Shown here: positions 15,001-21,036 of the stretch, in pieces
Layout: each line of letters opens with the position of its first letter
Numbering within the stretch: position 1 is the stretch's first letter
NCBI GenBank assembly: GCA_030698625.1
Contig: JAUYMS010000042.1
Location: 28,150 to 92,149 of the forward strand
Length of the DNA stretch: 64,000 nt
Source of the DNA: Candidatus Omnitrophota bacterium
GTDB lineage: Bacteria; Omnitrophota; Omnitrophia; Omnitrophales; Aquincolibacteriaceae
Direction: 5' to 3'
Made by a program: the position numbers and the translations under genes
The notes under the pieces: generated by a model
The model's input: the letters and a program-made list of their open reading frames with translations, nothing else
What the model was told of the DNA's origin: nothing
Database searches by the model: none

Positions 15001-18000
15001 CACTTAGACGGCGCCGGGCCACGGCAGGGATGGAGCGATCGCCTAGAAAAACCGAAACCGTGTCCGGAACGGACACCCCCGCTTCACGCAGAAGCAGAGC
15101 CGCAATATCCTTGTCCTCATAGTGACGGAAGAGGCCGTCTTCCCCGGTTCGAACGTCCAACGAACGGATCGTGTCATCCTCATCCTGAGAAAAATCAGCC
15201 ACATGGTCAAGCGCCACGGGTTCCTCGAAGGCGACGATTGTGGGCCGTCCGTTCTGAAACGTAAAAGCATAATCACGGGCCAGCGGATAATTCGCCGCAC
15301 CGACCGGCTCGACCCCAACCGTGCCGGGCGCCACAAGCATATAAAAATTCGCATCCGGGCGCAGCACAGCCCGTTCCAGGAGAGCCAGGTGGTCCTCGGA
15401 TAAAGCGCCGTAAAGTCCGACGTTAATTTTGTCCGCTGACGCCGGCCCGGCATCGCGGTGTTGAATCAGAAACCCCATGGCCGACAGCGCCCCGGAGGCT
15501 GCACCGCGAACCTTTTCCGATTCATGGGCAAGCAGGGCGGCGGCCAATTGGGACTGAGTGCGGCGCGTATCCTGGTCCACACGTCCGAGCACTTTGGCCG
15601 CTGCGGCCGCGATATCGTCGTTCTCGTCTTCAAGGGCGGCACGAAGCGCCGGAATCGCTCTCTGCCGCAGATTTTCGAGATCCTGTAAATTTTCATGCGC
15701 GTCGCGAAGAAGCGCATAGGCCCCAAGGATATCTTTTTCGTCGCTGTTGAGATTGTTCTCGCCCGCGACGGCACGATAGGCCTCGGCCGCGCTCGCGCGG
15801 ACACGGGCAAATTCGTCATCCTTGATGAGCGCCACGAGTTCAGGCAGGGCGTCACGGCCTGCGGTGCCGAGCGCGGTGAGTGCGTCCGCCGCGATCACCC
15901 GCCGCGAAGGCGTCTCTTCCCGCAGCATCACGATCAATGCGGGAAGCGCGGCCCGGCCAAGGGACACAAGACTTTCCATCTCGCTCGCCAAGGCGTAACG
16001 AAATCCGAGCGCAATACTCCGGTAACCCTCACCAAATTCCCGATCCAAATCTCCGGCAGAAAGCAGAACATCGGCGGCGGCTCCGCGCACCGCGAGGGCC
16101 TCGTCTCCCCGCATGACGGTGTTGAGATAACTGCGCAGGCCCGGTACGGAAGCGCTGATATTGCCCAGGACTTGCACAGCTCGCAGCCGAACGCGGTGGT
16201 CTTTGCTGCGAAGCAGGCGTTTGAGACCCGGGGCCGCGGCCTCGCCGTAAGTCGGCAGCACCTCAGCCGCCTGTTCCTGAACGCGCGCGTCATTAGATCT
16301 AAGCGCCCCCGTCCACATTTCCATTTCGTCAGCACGCAGCTCCGAGCGCCCGGCCGGCACGACAAGGGCTTCGGCCTGGCGGATATATTCGAGCACGGCC
16401 GTGATGTCGTCGTCTGAGCGATCGCCGGCTTCCGTGTTGCCCTCGGGGTAACGAGTGACGAGCTGCATATCCCGCACCCTCTCCGTAACTCTGAGATAGG
16501 CGGCTTCGTTGATTTCTATTTGATCAAAATGCTTCAAATCACGAATCGTCTGCGCCAGCTCAGTAGGCCCGTAAGTCGGATCGAGAATAGCTCCACGAAG
16601 CTCCTGCAGGATCGTGGCGAGATCGGAGAACTCGTAAATGCCGGCCTGAACCGTAAAAGCAACCATCGCGTTGTCCAGCTTGGCCTTGTCGTCCGCAGTG
16701 ACCGACAGCGGCAGTTCCGCCTTCGATTCGATGACAAAAACCAGCTGCGAGTCAGCGGCAAGACGAACCACGGCTTCGGGAACAGTGCTCTCATCGTCGA
16801 TCGCGTCTCTCGCACCTTCGAGCGCTTCACCCACAATACGGATAATCTCTTCGTCATCAAGCCCGGCGATCTCTGTCAACTTCCGGTACGCCAGGCTCAA
16901 CGCCCGATCAAACTCGAAAAGGGCTTGTGGGTGTTCCAGCTCGGCGCGAAGCCAGGGGTGATTCTGCGAGAGAGCAAACGCGGTCCGCATATGTGCCGGC
17001 TCATCCGCCCGCAGTTCCGAGCGGAGTCTAGTAATCTCTTCCTTGAGTACCCGCATGAATACGGCAGACCCGGGCGCGCCCAATTCAAGGACGGCCGCAA
17101 ATTGATCCGCTTGCAGATCCATCTCCATATACTGCAATTCATCGTCGAGGACACGAACCAGTTCGAGCGAACCCTGGGGCCCGTAAATCTCTTGGCCGCT
17201 GCGTACTATAGCGCGCGCGGCTTCGGCAGGATCAAAGGGCTGACCGGATCGCGTCAACTCTTCAAATGCCAGCGCAATGAATCCGCGTTCGATCTCTCCC
17301 CGGGAATAGCCGCCGGAGTCAATGACGTAGGGGTCTCCGGTTTCGTCCTCGCGCATAATGTTTGAAAAATTCTTGAGCGCTTCGCGCAGACCGGGAAAGT
17401 CTCTCTTTACTTTTAGGAGGGCCGCCACGGCCTCTTCCCAACGCCCCCGTCGGAGCAGTGAGAAAAGGGTGTGGCCGTGAATCACTTGTGAAGACATCAC
17501 TCCGTAAGTTGTTTCCCTGCCCGGCAGATCTGCCCGCACAAAAACCCCAGCGCGGGGAGCCTTTCCCTGGCGTCCCAAATCGAAGGCAACCTCTGCCTGG
17601 TCGTCGATAAAGGCACCCGCATAGACACCCAGTTCATACAGGGTGCCGTCGACATCGACGGAGAGCGTAATAAAATCGCGCATGCTGCCCGCAGTCTGTT
17701 TAACAATTACGACTTTAACATCCTGCACTGACTGCGCCACCGGGATCTGAAGCTCGGGATAAACTGCCTGCAATGATTCCAAAATGAATTTTCGGCTGCT
17801 CAAAGCCTTTGCCAAGTGACTGACCATCCGCTCGCGGTACTGCTCGGGATGCCTGAATCGGAAGCCCTGCATTCCCGTCACCGTTACCCTGCCCTTGTCC
17901 AGTTGAGCCGCGCCCAATTCCCGCACGGCTCTAAGTTCCGAGCGCACGCGGCCGCCTAGGACAAGCTTTGTTCCGTTGAAGTTGGCAACGGGTTTTACGA

Positions 18001-20074
18001 TCTGAATGGTCTTTGTGGTAACCGGAATGGCCAGCCTGCCGCCGATGGCTTCCAGTAACGGTCCGCGCATATCGTAAAACTGCCCGTCAGCATGCATCTC
18101 AACCTCAAGTCCTGTTTTCGACGAGCGCGCCGCCATCTCAATCAAATATTGAATCGAATCCGTCAGGGAGAGCTCCACCTGCTCGGCAAGCACGCGTGTG
18201 ATTGCCTGTGACTTCCTGACCTCCTGATAGATCCCCACGAGCGCCTTCAGATGCAGAAGCCTGAGCTCCTGCGCCTCTGCCTCGCCTAGGCCCCCAAGTC
18301 TCGCTTCAAACTGCGCATGATCGAGCAACGCGGCTTCAGCCACGCTCATATTGAGCGATGCCGCTAACCTGGATGTGAGCGCGGTAATAAAACGCCCGTC
18401 TCCGGCTGCGGCACGCATATACAAAGCACTTTTGATTTTGGAGTTTTGCAGAGAGGGTGTTTCGATGGGGGTCATGAGCGCATTCACATAGTTTTCGCCC
18501 TCCTGCTCCTGCACTGCTGAAATCCTGGGCGACACCCGCGCATAGGCGATCCCCGCTTCACGAAATTGGCGCGCAAGCCCTTCGGCATGAAAACCGCCGG
18601 TGATCATGACGGCCTTCACTTCGCCGGCTTGCCGCATGGCATCGAGCGCTCGATTCATCATGATTTCATCGCGCTTAAAGGTGCCTTCGTAGAAACGTAT
18701 TGCCAGATCAAAGGCCGCGTCCAATTCTTTGAGGCTCGTAATAGCGAAACGCGTCTTCGAGTTTTTAAGTTTGTCAAGACGGCCCGCATAGGCCGAAGGA
18801 CGCAGGCGCAAAGCATTGGTTTTTACGCGCCGGAATTCGTCCGCCGTCAGTTCCAGCGTGAACAAATTACGGAGAAGGAGATAATCCTGATAATGCTCGG
18901 CCAAGACTTTTTCTGACTCTTCCTTCGCGAGTTTCTCGAGCACCAACTGCGTCAAATGTTTCGTTTCACTGAACAGATCGTAGACATCCATTTCATGCCG
19001 CAAGGTGAAAGTCGCCAAGGCATCGGCGAACTGGGGATACTCCCTGAAGCGAAATCCCGAGGTTCCCATGGCCTGATAGAATCGTTCCAGGAACAGTCTG
19101 GGATTTTCAGATGCTTCATGGGCCCAGCTCAATTCCCCCGTGACCGATACCTCAAACTTCTCAAAGGCCGGCGCAAATTCCGCGCCCGCCTTATGCGAGC
19201 GAAGCCGTATGAGAAATTTTTCCTTTTCCTCTCTCGTCGCCGTGACATCGGCACTTCCCTCAAGCTCCCGCAACTTGAAGAAGCGGATCAGATGCGGCCA
19301 CTCACGCTGATTGCTGACATCCCGGAAATCAATATCGAGGTGCCTTTCCGCGGCCTTCCCCAGGGCATTCAAGTGCCGCAGCAACTCTGAGCGAGAATCC
19401 TGATACAACATCCACTCTTTGAGAAAGGCTCTGAGCTCGGGGTTGAAATAATGGGAACCCAGCACGTCCATCGCCCCCTTCACCTGCGCCAGAAATGCCT
19501 CGTTCGTGTCTTTCTTTTCCAGGACGCGCCGGTAGTTCAGAAGGTTCTCATAATAGACACGTTCGTCTTCAACACCGTGGGCCGTTGCCGCACCGCCGGC
19601 CTTCATCAAATAGAGTTCGGCGCCGCCAACCTCGGCCTGCGCGGCCAGGCGGTCTGCGATCTTGTAATTTAATCGGTCGTCGGCGAAGAAACGCATCGAA
19701 TCCCGATCGAGCGGGCCGCTTGCACCTTCCAGGAAAAGAAGGTTCATCTCGTGGTTCTTAGAAAGATAGCTGAGGATCTCCTGGATATTCTTTTGGGCCT
19801 CGTAACTGGAATGCGCATCCTGAATATGCACGATGGTCGGGAAGTCGACAGCACGGAGGCTTTTTTCTGGAAGATAAGTTTCTTCAATGTGGCCCAAAGA
19901 TTCCGGAATACTGAGCTGCTCGACGAAGGCAAGGTTCTGCACTTCCTTTAATGCAGGCGCGGGCGTCGGACTCACCTCGACCATAAACGGAGCCGGCGCA
20001 GACCACGCCACCGTGGTTAGGGCAAAATTAGCCGCCACAATGAGCGCTATCGTTTTTAGAAACCTGCTTCGCAT
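1..20074 (-). CDS. giant multidomain protein A (signal peptide plus enzyme-domain mosaic); N-terminus at 20074, C-terminus beyond window start; at least 6691 codons in window
   Basis: Minus-strand ATG at 20072-20074 preceded by GAAAGGAAG RBS; hand translation gives MRSRFLKTIALIVAANFALTTVAWSAP..., a signal peptide paralogous to the gene B N-terminus. The frame (codon high ends = 1 mod 3) was verified in-frame by explicit codon-by-codon translation at 12 RSELR sites and several domain motifs between nt 602 and 20074. None of the listed minus-strand ORFs in 1-20 kb uses this frame (all end at 0 or 2 mod 3), so it never closes and was dropped from the track only because no stop lies inside the window. 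In-frame motif matches: PRTase-like GKNVVLLDDVALSGAEM (about 2380-2410); PfkB signatures GGKGFNASRGL (3518-3550) and DVGAGDAVKVAF (2846-2880); HAD motifs ALVLDWDNSI (4679-4708) and VVYVDDS (4139-4160); GNAT motif YQGEGIATAIL (about 12550-12590); HEAT-like GRAALPALIVMLREETPSRR (15900-15958); N-domain ITGGFHAEGL (18575-18598). Confidence 0.8.
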   Translation of the reverse strand, partial: MRSRFLKTIALIVAANFALTTVAWSAPAPFMVEVSPTPAPALKEVQNLAFVEQLSIPESLGHIEETYLPEKSLRAVDFPTIVHIQDAHSSYEAQKNIQEILSYLSKNHEMNLLFLEGASGPLDRDSMRFFADDRLNYKIADRLAAQAEVGGAELYLMKAGGAATAHGVEDERVYYENLLNYRRVLEKKDTNEAFLAQVKGAMDVLGSHYFNPELRAFLKEWMLYQDSRSELLRHLNALGKAAERHLDIDFRDVSNQREWPHLIRFFKLRELEGSADVTATREEKEKFLIRLRSHKAGAEFAPAFEKFEVSVTGELSWAHEASENPRLFLERFYQAMGTSGFRFREYPQFADALATFTLRHEMDVYDLFSETKHLTQLVLEKLAKEESEKVLAEHYQDYLLLRNLFTLELTADEFRRVKTNALRLRPSAYAGRLDKLKNSKTRFAITSLKELDAAFDLAIRFYEGTFKRDEIMMNRALDAMRQAGEVKAVMITGGFHAEGLARQFREAGIAYARVSPRISAVQEQEGENYVNALMTPIETPSLQNSKIKSALYMRAAAGDGRFITALTSRLAASLNMSVAEAALLDHAQFEARLGGLGEAEAQELRLLHLKALVGIYQEVRKSQAITRVLAEQVELSLTDSIQYLIEMAARSSKTGLEVEMHADGQFYDMRGPLLEAIGGRLAIPVTTKTIQIVKPVANFNGTKLVLGGRVRSELRAVRELGAAQLDKGRVTVTGMQGFRFRHPEQYRERMVSHLAKALSSRKFILESLQAVYPELQIPVAQSVQDVKVVIVKQTAGSMRDFITLSVDVDGTLYELGVYAGAFIDDQAEVAFDLGRQGKAPRAGVFVRADLPGRETTYGVMSSQVIHGHTLFSLLRRGRWEEAVAALLKVKRDFPGLREALKNFSNIMREDETGDPYVIDSGGYSRGEIERGFIALAFEELTRSGQPFDPAEAARAIVRSGQEIYGPQGSLELVRVLDDELQYMEMDLQADQFAAVLELGAPGSAVFMRVLKEEITRLRSELRADEPAHMRTAFALSQNHPWLRAELEHPQALFEFDRALSLAYRKLTEIAGLDDEEIIRIVGEALEGARDAIDDESTVPEAVVRLAADSQLVFVIESKAELPLSVTADDKAKLDNAMVAFTVQAGIYEFSDLATILQELRGAILDPTYGPTELAQTIRDLKHFDQIEINEAAYLRVTERVRDMQLVTRYPEGNTEAGDRSDDDITAVLEYIRQAEALVVPAGRSELRADEMEMWTGALRSNDARVQEQAAEVLPTYGEAAAPGLKRLLRSKDHRVRLRAVQVLGNISASVPGLRSYLNTVMRGDEALAVRGAAADVLLSAGDLDREFGEGYRSIALGFRYALASEMESLVSLGRAALPALIVMLREETPSRRVIAADALTALGTAGRDALPELVALIKDDEFARVRASAAEAYRAVAGENNLNSDEKDILGAYALLRDAHENLQDLENLRQRAIPALRAALEDENDDIAAAAAKVLGRVDQDTRRTQSQLAAALLAHESEKVRGAASGALSAMGFLIQHRDAGPASADKINVGLYGALSEDHLALLERAVLRPDANFYMLVAPGTVGVEPVGAANYPLARDYAFTFQNGRPTIVAFEEPVALDHVADFSQDEDDTIRSLDVRTGEDGLFRHYEDKDIAALLLREAGVSVPDTVSVFLGDRSIPAVARRRLSASEGPEATVHFLERTDDDLFEWVKLLLSEFLLKHPEAVLKPAGGRAGEDVRFFNAENLDLISGHGLALLLANEGIVLQERKTPPLVRQDGTVKDWNLRVFVTRDPNGNPVITDIVVRLDREGGPVNISLGAEAITLEALADLLGITAGEAAQIRAAAEAQALKAYPVIEQAMREDNLLREGWHATDFMGVDIIVTREDGIFHPHVIEVNGQDSGGVWDLDYFLRARAWSGDVTAEARIGRSVEAWIDVMIEQGRENRERKEDAQAQAGRSELRAAELTYSAMEVLGALELGELEALGDRITGRRTVDVDGVEAEILTLKVPEETEVFAETGLPKGHSILRAELSDAAEFDIVVREGRVIGIFPATGGGDYFDLSAVHFDVPLPGASGAREKWLAFKHQWDVDQTILQNYLRETKAERAAELLPKQNSNQFSIAKASRDGYLVRTDQLFTPREIPEFLDELTGIDEEFHKIVIPVFPLVYAPGGYTVADPKYYRQLYQQALALYKDVPAETLRDLETLIVGPGTGINAWLIWLATGQKRFHFLGVNPLEVANTRVLSRMLGIEAEAKVHDNVVTADGELAFPGMRFDLVEWNLPRLMLRAKRPSKFYSYSNLADPDIGGVAIRRLAAASPRLLSNVPHARVIVWNESFMEKDGAKKLYEVTIRIFEREGFAAKDHTDYGALDEAGTSFGFYTLRLAENDSEEFGARVASIETDVAVTDTYADGSITERRNGSNEVVWVTMETAHGPAHLIRPPGASRGFYEVWYHGKRVDEPRAGDSYGVILLELQGELDGSDAVEVFNMYLKPKYQGEGIATAILTWAGQRALDLNRNQLRINWTVNPNMLSAMARVLEAEGRTLEVEVYRDNWVQVTPEELLPRIGQIAIRDRQDTYAINVDPSGNLKTEWSRLGEADGTPKVFEFQELFEGTKSMAPTLEVTDDGLSIRVRDPEYRDKNGLPLSYELEFIRKATLRGTPKQVRSALREEYVEWRMPREDGEQRAPFLRYLRESLESYDGAPLTFELWGGLASNVLLQLADVSGMWFTVNDLDIFFYLDDEGELRDVSNDDIANLVRRVGDDLGVQVDGTPVFEDQEGFKRKRRETRTGDLQLNETLIRYDRKTDEFVINMPARAREALDRGEITFTDSSDITEADTLRDKIVVNIGSAVRLNRVAGLNLAQSARTELKTNIARFMAMPAGAGRVTEQALYTDSVLNATKRIAAITPGSTSKALDLALGHDVLELARTSLKLKPRGHKYRNALLSQAQQTAQKYLGVETERTRQLVARYSQPDSLPAGLRPKSRLPEGSLKPAADSDFVILDIPLAVAEARSPIIREMREFLESYESSPSNWDTENGTLAMEFWGGTAINVLLQLAGLTGLWYTIHDLDISVYAQKGGRPQNISMLEHGRVAAKIARDFGLKVDAASAWRSRDSLRDWLQDDSNGYLAINRMTLYLNRQTGTLQIEIPKDVLTALEEGELTVRQMSKRVDVDEVEERIIKNIGSMVRLRQVTGLKPSEEAIEMLRAMILEWNKPGRNKSEKLGLYDRMAVDSARRMAPLFGGRAGEALKAVLSDEALDMARQLLHVRKKGGNHFSRILPLAEEGVQEYMGEDTGEAANVLDRFSLPGPSRELIPNGAAANVDYGQNVGQLRRWVRSELRSEPIEEHKVVNSLAEFNRVVRAWQRQKDGINKVRLFTPEKSQVSDLDFVQGRTEEPMAWIHSISPRVGIDYESAFPYLLTLTQRPLVTDEVDTIENLLTVEFNYEGPETFFDEMPFEASWEPYAVLPDSRHPQHVNYVQDKILVVSVKDMDLLTEGWLKSYLPRSIRSPKIYVLVDRLDQNLKRRIGLAKLIDGVMVMHSTQDDADKWGRNTRGGKGIPIISLVAKGKQPKIKPGDFYNFDWDSKTLWRINPARSELRPEDVFFILAAGLPIAAVLLHILLRRIGGAITNLWMGLLEWRINVYPTGVHRWKLGQILQAARDYNYDYSGIGATSQLEHPVFERIEAAFDRYLETIREHRTWFNNKTKLRLLAEIPEDHPFRDKAHAFLGEIARSPDKRSGVRKLARSLHSGMKSRSELRTAVVPPKEEIAASARKYGRPVSDVFQSAVESGTRVIAFGDMHRAKTLFLYRELIGNLIKASPFTHFAIEAAPAMKPAFDLLLQKWAASGIQDVRDYLAGNYDIIEELRNIIPAKFQSKDGNNYPDKTALDELGVVLTLDSRLFDLGSFLEMLKAVYEKGISIEPIDEKSKGGFVRRTLRDYYTAKRIKRLLDQNANNRVLVYLGELHVVKKHPKRDGIAMIVGILMLDLWSLLPGVGEYLTRWLGEANYYAFGYESSSSYGLGLRESYIHRALGWDDPLRHRDFAVADLDEEDNAIGRLPYYELSGATTLAEMFDATIYVNDEDLRIMDFSRSELRTDGGISAAEEAIASNNIQAMYDSIAKSEGPDIVIVVSSNAAEQRFWEERLQSTKGKVIGENTEVFSVVESYGVSKPAGNGLGSLVAYQSAQQISEAQTGKTWEQLLESIRRTRKREPVIAMYHTAGFGSRIWPITGAEGGSKSKIAMPRHVISGDETMPLTLLESVIFQTSIFARNRGGRLLVFWGDQVFVPTVSHETLSQAAELPLEILSLVGDFDIEELVDKYGLIALGKEGDAWHATRIMEKPKSAESGREFVARHSEVDAIGKSLGSFTASLEFWDGLMESYKRELNETDPKKQDQNSANTDQDWWVPLTRLDFLLKQKERNAAGFSSLRTFRQFIRRQGIAADEVSNKMINLFWKQHRDSAQPLMRVIDVGSHALWWDFGNVATEEDLSEGVFRHNMLVLLEDSAEGRLARQFWDVPEPETGTLFDGNLRLENAVVLNANLDPRSRGVIRNSVVSGLGGWFDLSLERSFIHAVQDTRQSKKSPLVLSADNAIAYKLNLRRTTKIPAQHVLAGIRAPVTGDLVLRTTERMDPKTMWESAHGGNLSAFRDVSNLLRTAVNEPVIAGHKIRGLIDKGFLTHEKKRYPIFDGLDEQNREVLLVLRVKDPDQLPVAIFQNVWRSKESPVVLFDKRNQALLLIQPDRSELRALDENRILESVNALTTGAAADADLKQGFVAAVFGQLDSETVTSIDRIYQAIGAEAIKDRMWHYFESLMNARVKLKDRQSFRDYLSFGLQSNKDELFRLGAEIFSALAAIPNYSRESTQFFRYKDAAIQEYVRKLIVRKEARQDYTLRFKNVGISSGEEPYSLAMDIYYALKEFHDANKERLEGFESWLKSWDVKIEAADREIVNLALAENGRFDFSYDDPQGFDDAVTYDDPRIIQNGKIGETWHRDSSPGSTAPFSFRSELLPKLESGIPLDLRYAADEVLRSWIKPVYANLRNAEDAEILSLAPANGIFISYLGGSRFLDAEQEFVKEAARASADLRYDALLYFGNVEIVNARSELRTGDALWAKPDAVAPRDVKALVLDWDNSISWFENRLAEILAPVLSNGTLDGAAEALHIQIVQELWHGDRTDDKHTEILLEMAERTLGNSEFLAALPGETLTEKAGQLLESARARLYVAPTDRTRDNRMTPGSIALLDFIRSEEATSEIAIIVVTSNLTPTVMRQARLFGIDQYIDEVQSAKEKNRSKGDLLREIRGGLSAEQVVYVDDSLSGQAASLEAGIVPVALATGLHSRKQLQDAGAHYVITDFEKAGIGRVAALITGRADLYQDESPEIQQFRDALASDAPVGRMRAVINGVITSGRVTEMPLLYHEAAERLSSAELEHLSRVTFELFVGQTPEEHAEQYEPTRDHRALGRIDPVDGLPRVVTVMANGILDVSFDFEKFPPDGANGTDGIIVPDSYNMYAGGKGFNASRGLIAFDISPITTGTFGGAAGTIQIGKAELEDNIGTALMTPIEGDSRIAMNVHAGNRNQLNVTPRGPDMTDAEQESLSDSIFMHLREGDYVVFSGSLPPGLPATFYADKIREAKKLGILTYLDTRGEALRHGIEARPHFLGINLRELADYLGVPVSELEGDYVRIAEYAKDLIRSGINKVVISLGADGILATSRSPFNEKEIITYHAKHPPVTTVSDVGAGDAVKVAFIYAERRGMNLFEAARLAAGAGTATVLKPGNRIAKFHEAEAFGRQVKLAVIKHPLEKASHMRDIINDSLGERRSLKDAAYNLMNRIREDERDLHRIIVIPGSGPWAARLLRLMWQRFHPEDVPEFLYLERPEDEDGIRALARTGKNVVLLDDVALSGAEMFRTRQRLQSEFQTDSERIVSAAIFSGSIPNKIHEERPAWAETSEHVSFFLDSFLYGVFQPGTNRKGMPIWHVIRDVGKHIVPEGNGYILSAVGTVEYERLRRLALYARREALDAIRLEYPQLENKHVDYFGDIAKGEHRFHSSMRNILGSEETDRLSRVADEAGTSVMNAYLEYNLVGELEAMVEEKAREIAKDADRSELRSDAAIELHVGRRVKRFGQTLAALEGVPVATDEQITNLRGTFEGIGSEMSETIGIANTDAYLTALARDVLESPTGFIQTIGFVENDEDVLQAELIHSAMRQLAREKLDAGDTTVILAEVGVGGNPVEAWDIVKMFFTELKAELADRYGEDQVREQLKAWDIHLIAFDGDEHIVFRQTPMYFGAFTKSLEQGKGIKLMGIEPGDLQPGQLHLEVLHANVFNVDELQSAYDGVDGVLKRLGLEGRSADAVYKRNVTYENKDRTSAADLNDEPIWERLIDSYLALRNTLSVLARPGTYYITEPVRDLGNLTDKHPQSPFVFNAPGLQLINALDLRPDWLDKRLAHRHEHGALGSGVYRVTDPEIYYRLEAEGGALTALWEAIQSTRRSELRVSEEEVYAELEDKLFNQLGIDPAILLQATAASDIAKFRETGYGDLFEGGLPSHNAAMAVEEVDWEDLPNPEGPNVAMFPNGFPGFELATYWAAKDKTDKANFVIIPPVRGLYRGRDNSDAVYASYAVFVDKDGRLVLGHFRRPLPIDAVATGGLAPASVLAELESRGIPVMNTSGIMRLSTDKKAFDALIQGTGAEIPSI
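9213..9272 (-). other. internal hydrophobic TM-like segment of giant protein A (VFFILAAGLPIAAVLLHILL), immediately C-terminal to an RSELR linker
   Basis: Explicit in-frame translation of 9181-9300 gives NPARSELRPEDVFFILAAGLPIAAVLLHILLRRIGGAITNL: a 20-residue apolar stretch followed by RR. Confidence 0.5.
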
Positions 20075-20375
20075 TCGCTTCCTTTCTTTTCCCTTTTCAT
20101 AATGAGATAGAATCTCCACGTAGGGCGGACGACGCACATAGAGTTGTCTATGCACGCTCCTCCCGTGGGGAGCTATATCACGCTATAACACGCTATTTTT
20201 CTACCTCGTAAAGATTACCTGATGAGGGTGGGAGCTTCAAAGGCAGGAGTGAATTATTTTTAGGGATGACGCTAACCTAAGCCTTTGTTATAGCTAGACT
20301 TAGATCAAGCGCCTCAGGCAGTCGCCAACTATTTAATGGGGATAAAACGGAGGGTGGGAAATTTGAGAAAATGGC

Positions 20376-20448
20376 TGGACCGGAGGGGGATCGAACCCCT
20401 GACCTCCACAATGCCATTGTGGCGCTCTCCCAGCTGAGCTACCGGCCC
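20376..20448 (-). tRNA. tRNA-Ala(GGC)
   Basis: 73-nt cloverleaf on the minus strand: GGGCCGGTAGCTCAGCTGGGAGAGCGCCACAATGGCATTGTGGAGGTCAGGGGTTCGATCCCCCTCCGGTCCA. Anticodon loop ATGGCAT gives GGC. G3:U70 alanine identity pair present; T-loop TTCGATC. Confidence 0.9.
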
Positions 20449-20502
20449 GAGTAATGAAGGGAGCGCTATAATAATTCAATTTTTCGAGAGGGGCAAGGAA
20501 AC

Positions 20503-20540
20503 AAAAAAGGCCGGTCCTGTTACGGACTGGCCTTTTTTGT
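20503..20540 (-). terminator. rho-independent terminator hairpin (bidirectional A/T tracts) downstream of the small secreted protein gene
   Basis: AAGGCCGGTCC-tgttac-GGACTGGCC stem-loop (one mismatch) followed by TTTTTTGT on the plus strand and preceded by AAAAAA, so it can act on either strand. Confidence 0.6.
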
Positions 20541-20560
20541 ACTTGGAGATTACGACTAAA

Positions 20561-20914
20561 CTAAAACAGAGTTTCGGGGTCGACCGGCATGCCGTCCTGA
20601 TGGCCCGGTATTAACGCGGCTACGAGATCCCACGCACCGCTGCCGAAACGGACGACCATGCGAAACAGTCCGTCAACGGTTCCCGCGAGGTGACGAATCA
20701 CGGGGCGTCCGGTGCCTTCATGATATTCCTGAATGGTCATCGGAACTTCGGCGACCGCACCCACGACGTTCTTGATGCCCCGCACGAGAGTGGTCTGCAT
20801 CTGGTCGAGATACATGTTGCTTCCGCCATGTTCGCCGCCGTGCTCCCCGGCTAGTGCCGGTGTCGCTACAAACGCCAAACTGAGTATTAACAATAACACG
20901 CTGATTTTCTTCAT
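20561..20914 (-). CDS. small secreted protein, His/Gly-rich N-region (GEHGGEHGG); resembles exosortase-associated small protein families (TIGR04073-like RGxxNxxxGxxEVP motif)
   Basis: 117 aa; signal peptide MKKISVLLLILSLAFVATPALA, then RGIKNVVGAVAEVP. Followed by a strong terminator. Confidence 0.5.
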   Translation of the reverse strand: MKKISVLLLILSLAFVATPALAGEHGGEHGGSNMYLDQMQTTLVRGIKNVVGAVAEVPMTIQEYHEGTGRPVIRHLAGTVDGLFRMVVRFGSGAWDLVAALIPGHQDGMPVDPETLF

Positions 20915-21036
20915 AGAATTTCCTCCCTTTTGATTAATAAGACCATGCGTCCTATTTCTGATGCCGGGTATAAGTATCGGCCTTTCAAGTTAAACATAAA
21001 GCGGCATTTTGGCGCCCAAACCATAATCTTAAAGTT

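Noticed and set aside
3713-17365. Plus-strand ORFs of 200-290 aa inside gene A (3713..4534, 12980..13846, 13871..14473, 15695..16417, 16520..17365)
   Set aside because: They are antisense to a continuous, domain-rich coding frame. Their translations are Arg/Pro/Gly-rich low-complexity, as expected from high-GC antisense strands.
1-20074. Interpreting the first 20 kb as non-coding, pseudogene-rich or alternatively coded DNA because the ORF track shows only short ORFs
   Set aside because: A single minus-strand frame is open throughout and translates into recognisable domains. Neighbouring genes use the standard code. The ORF was omitted only because it has no stop inside the window.
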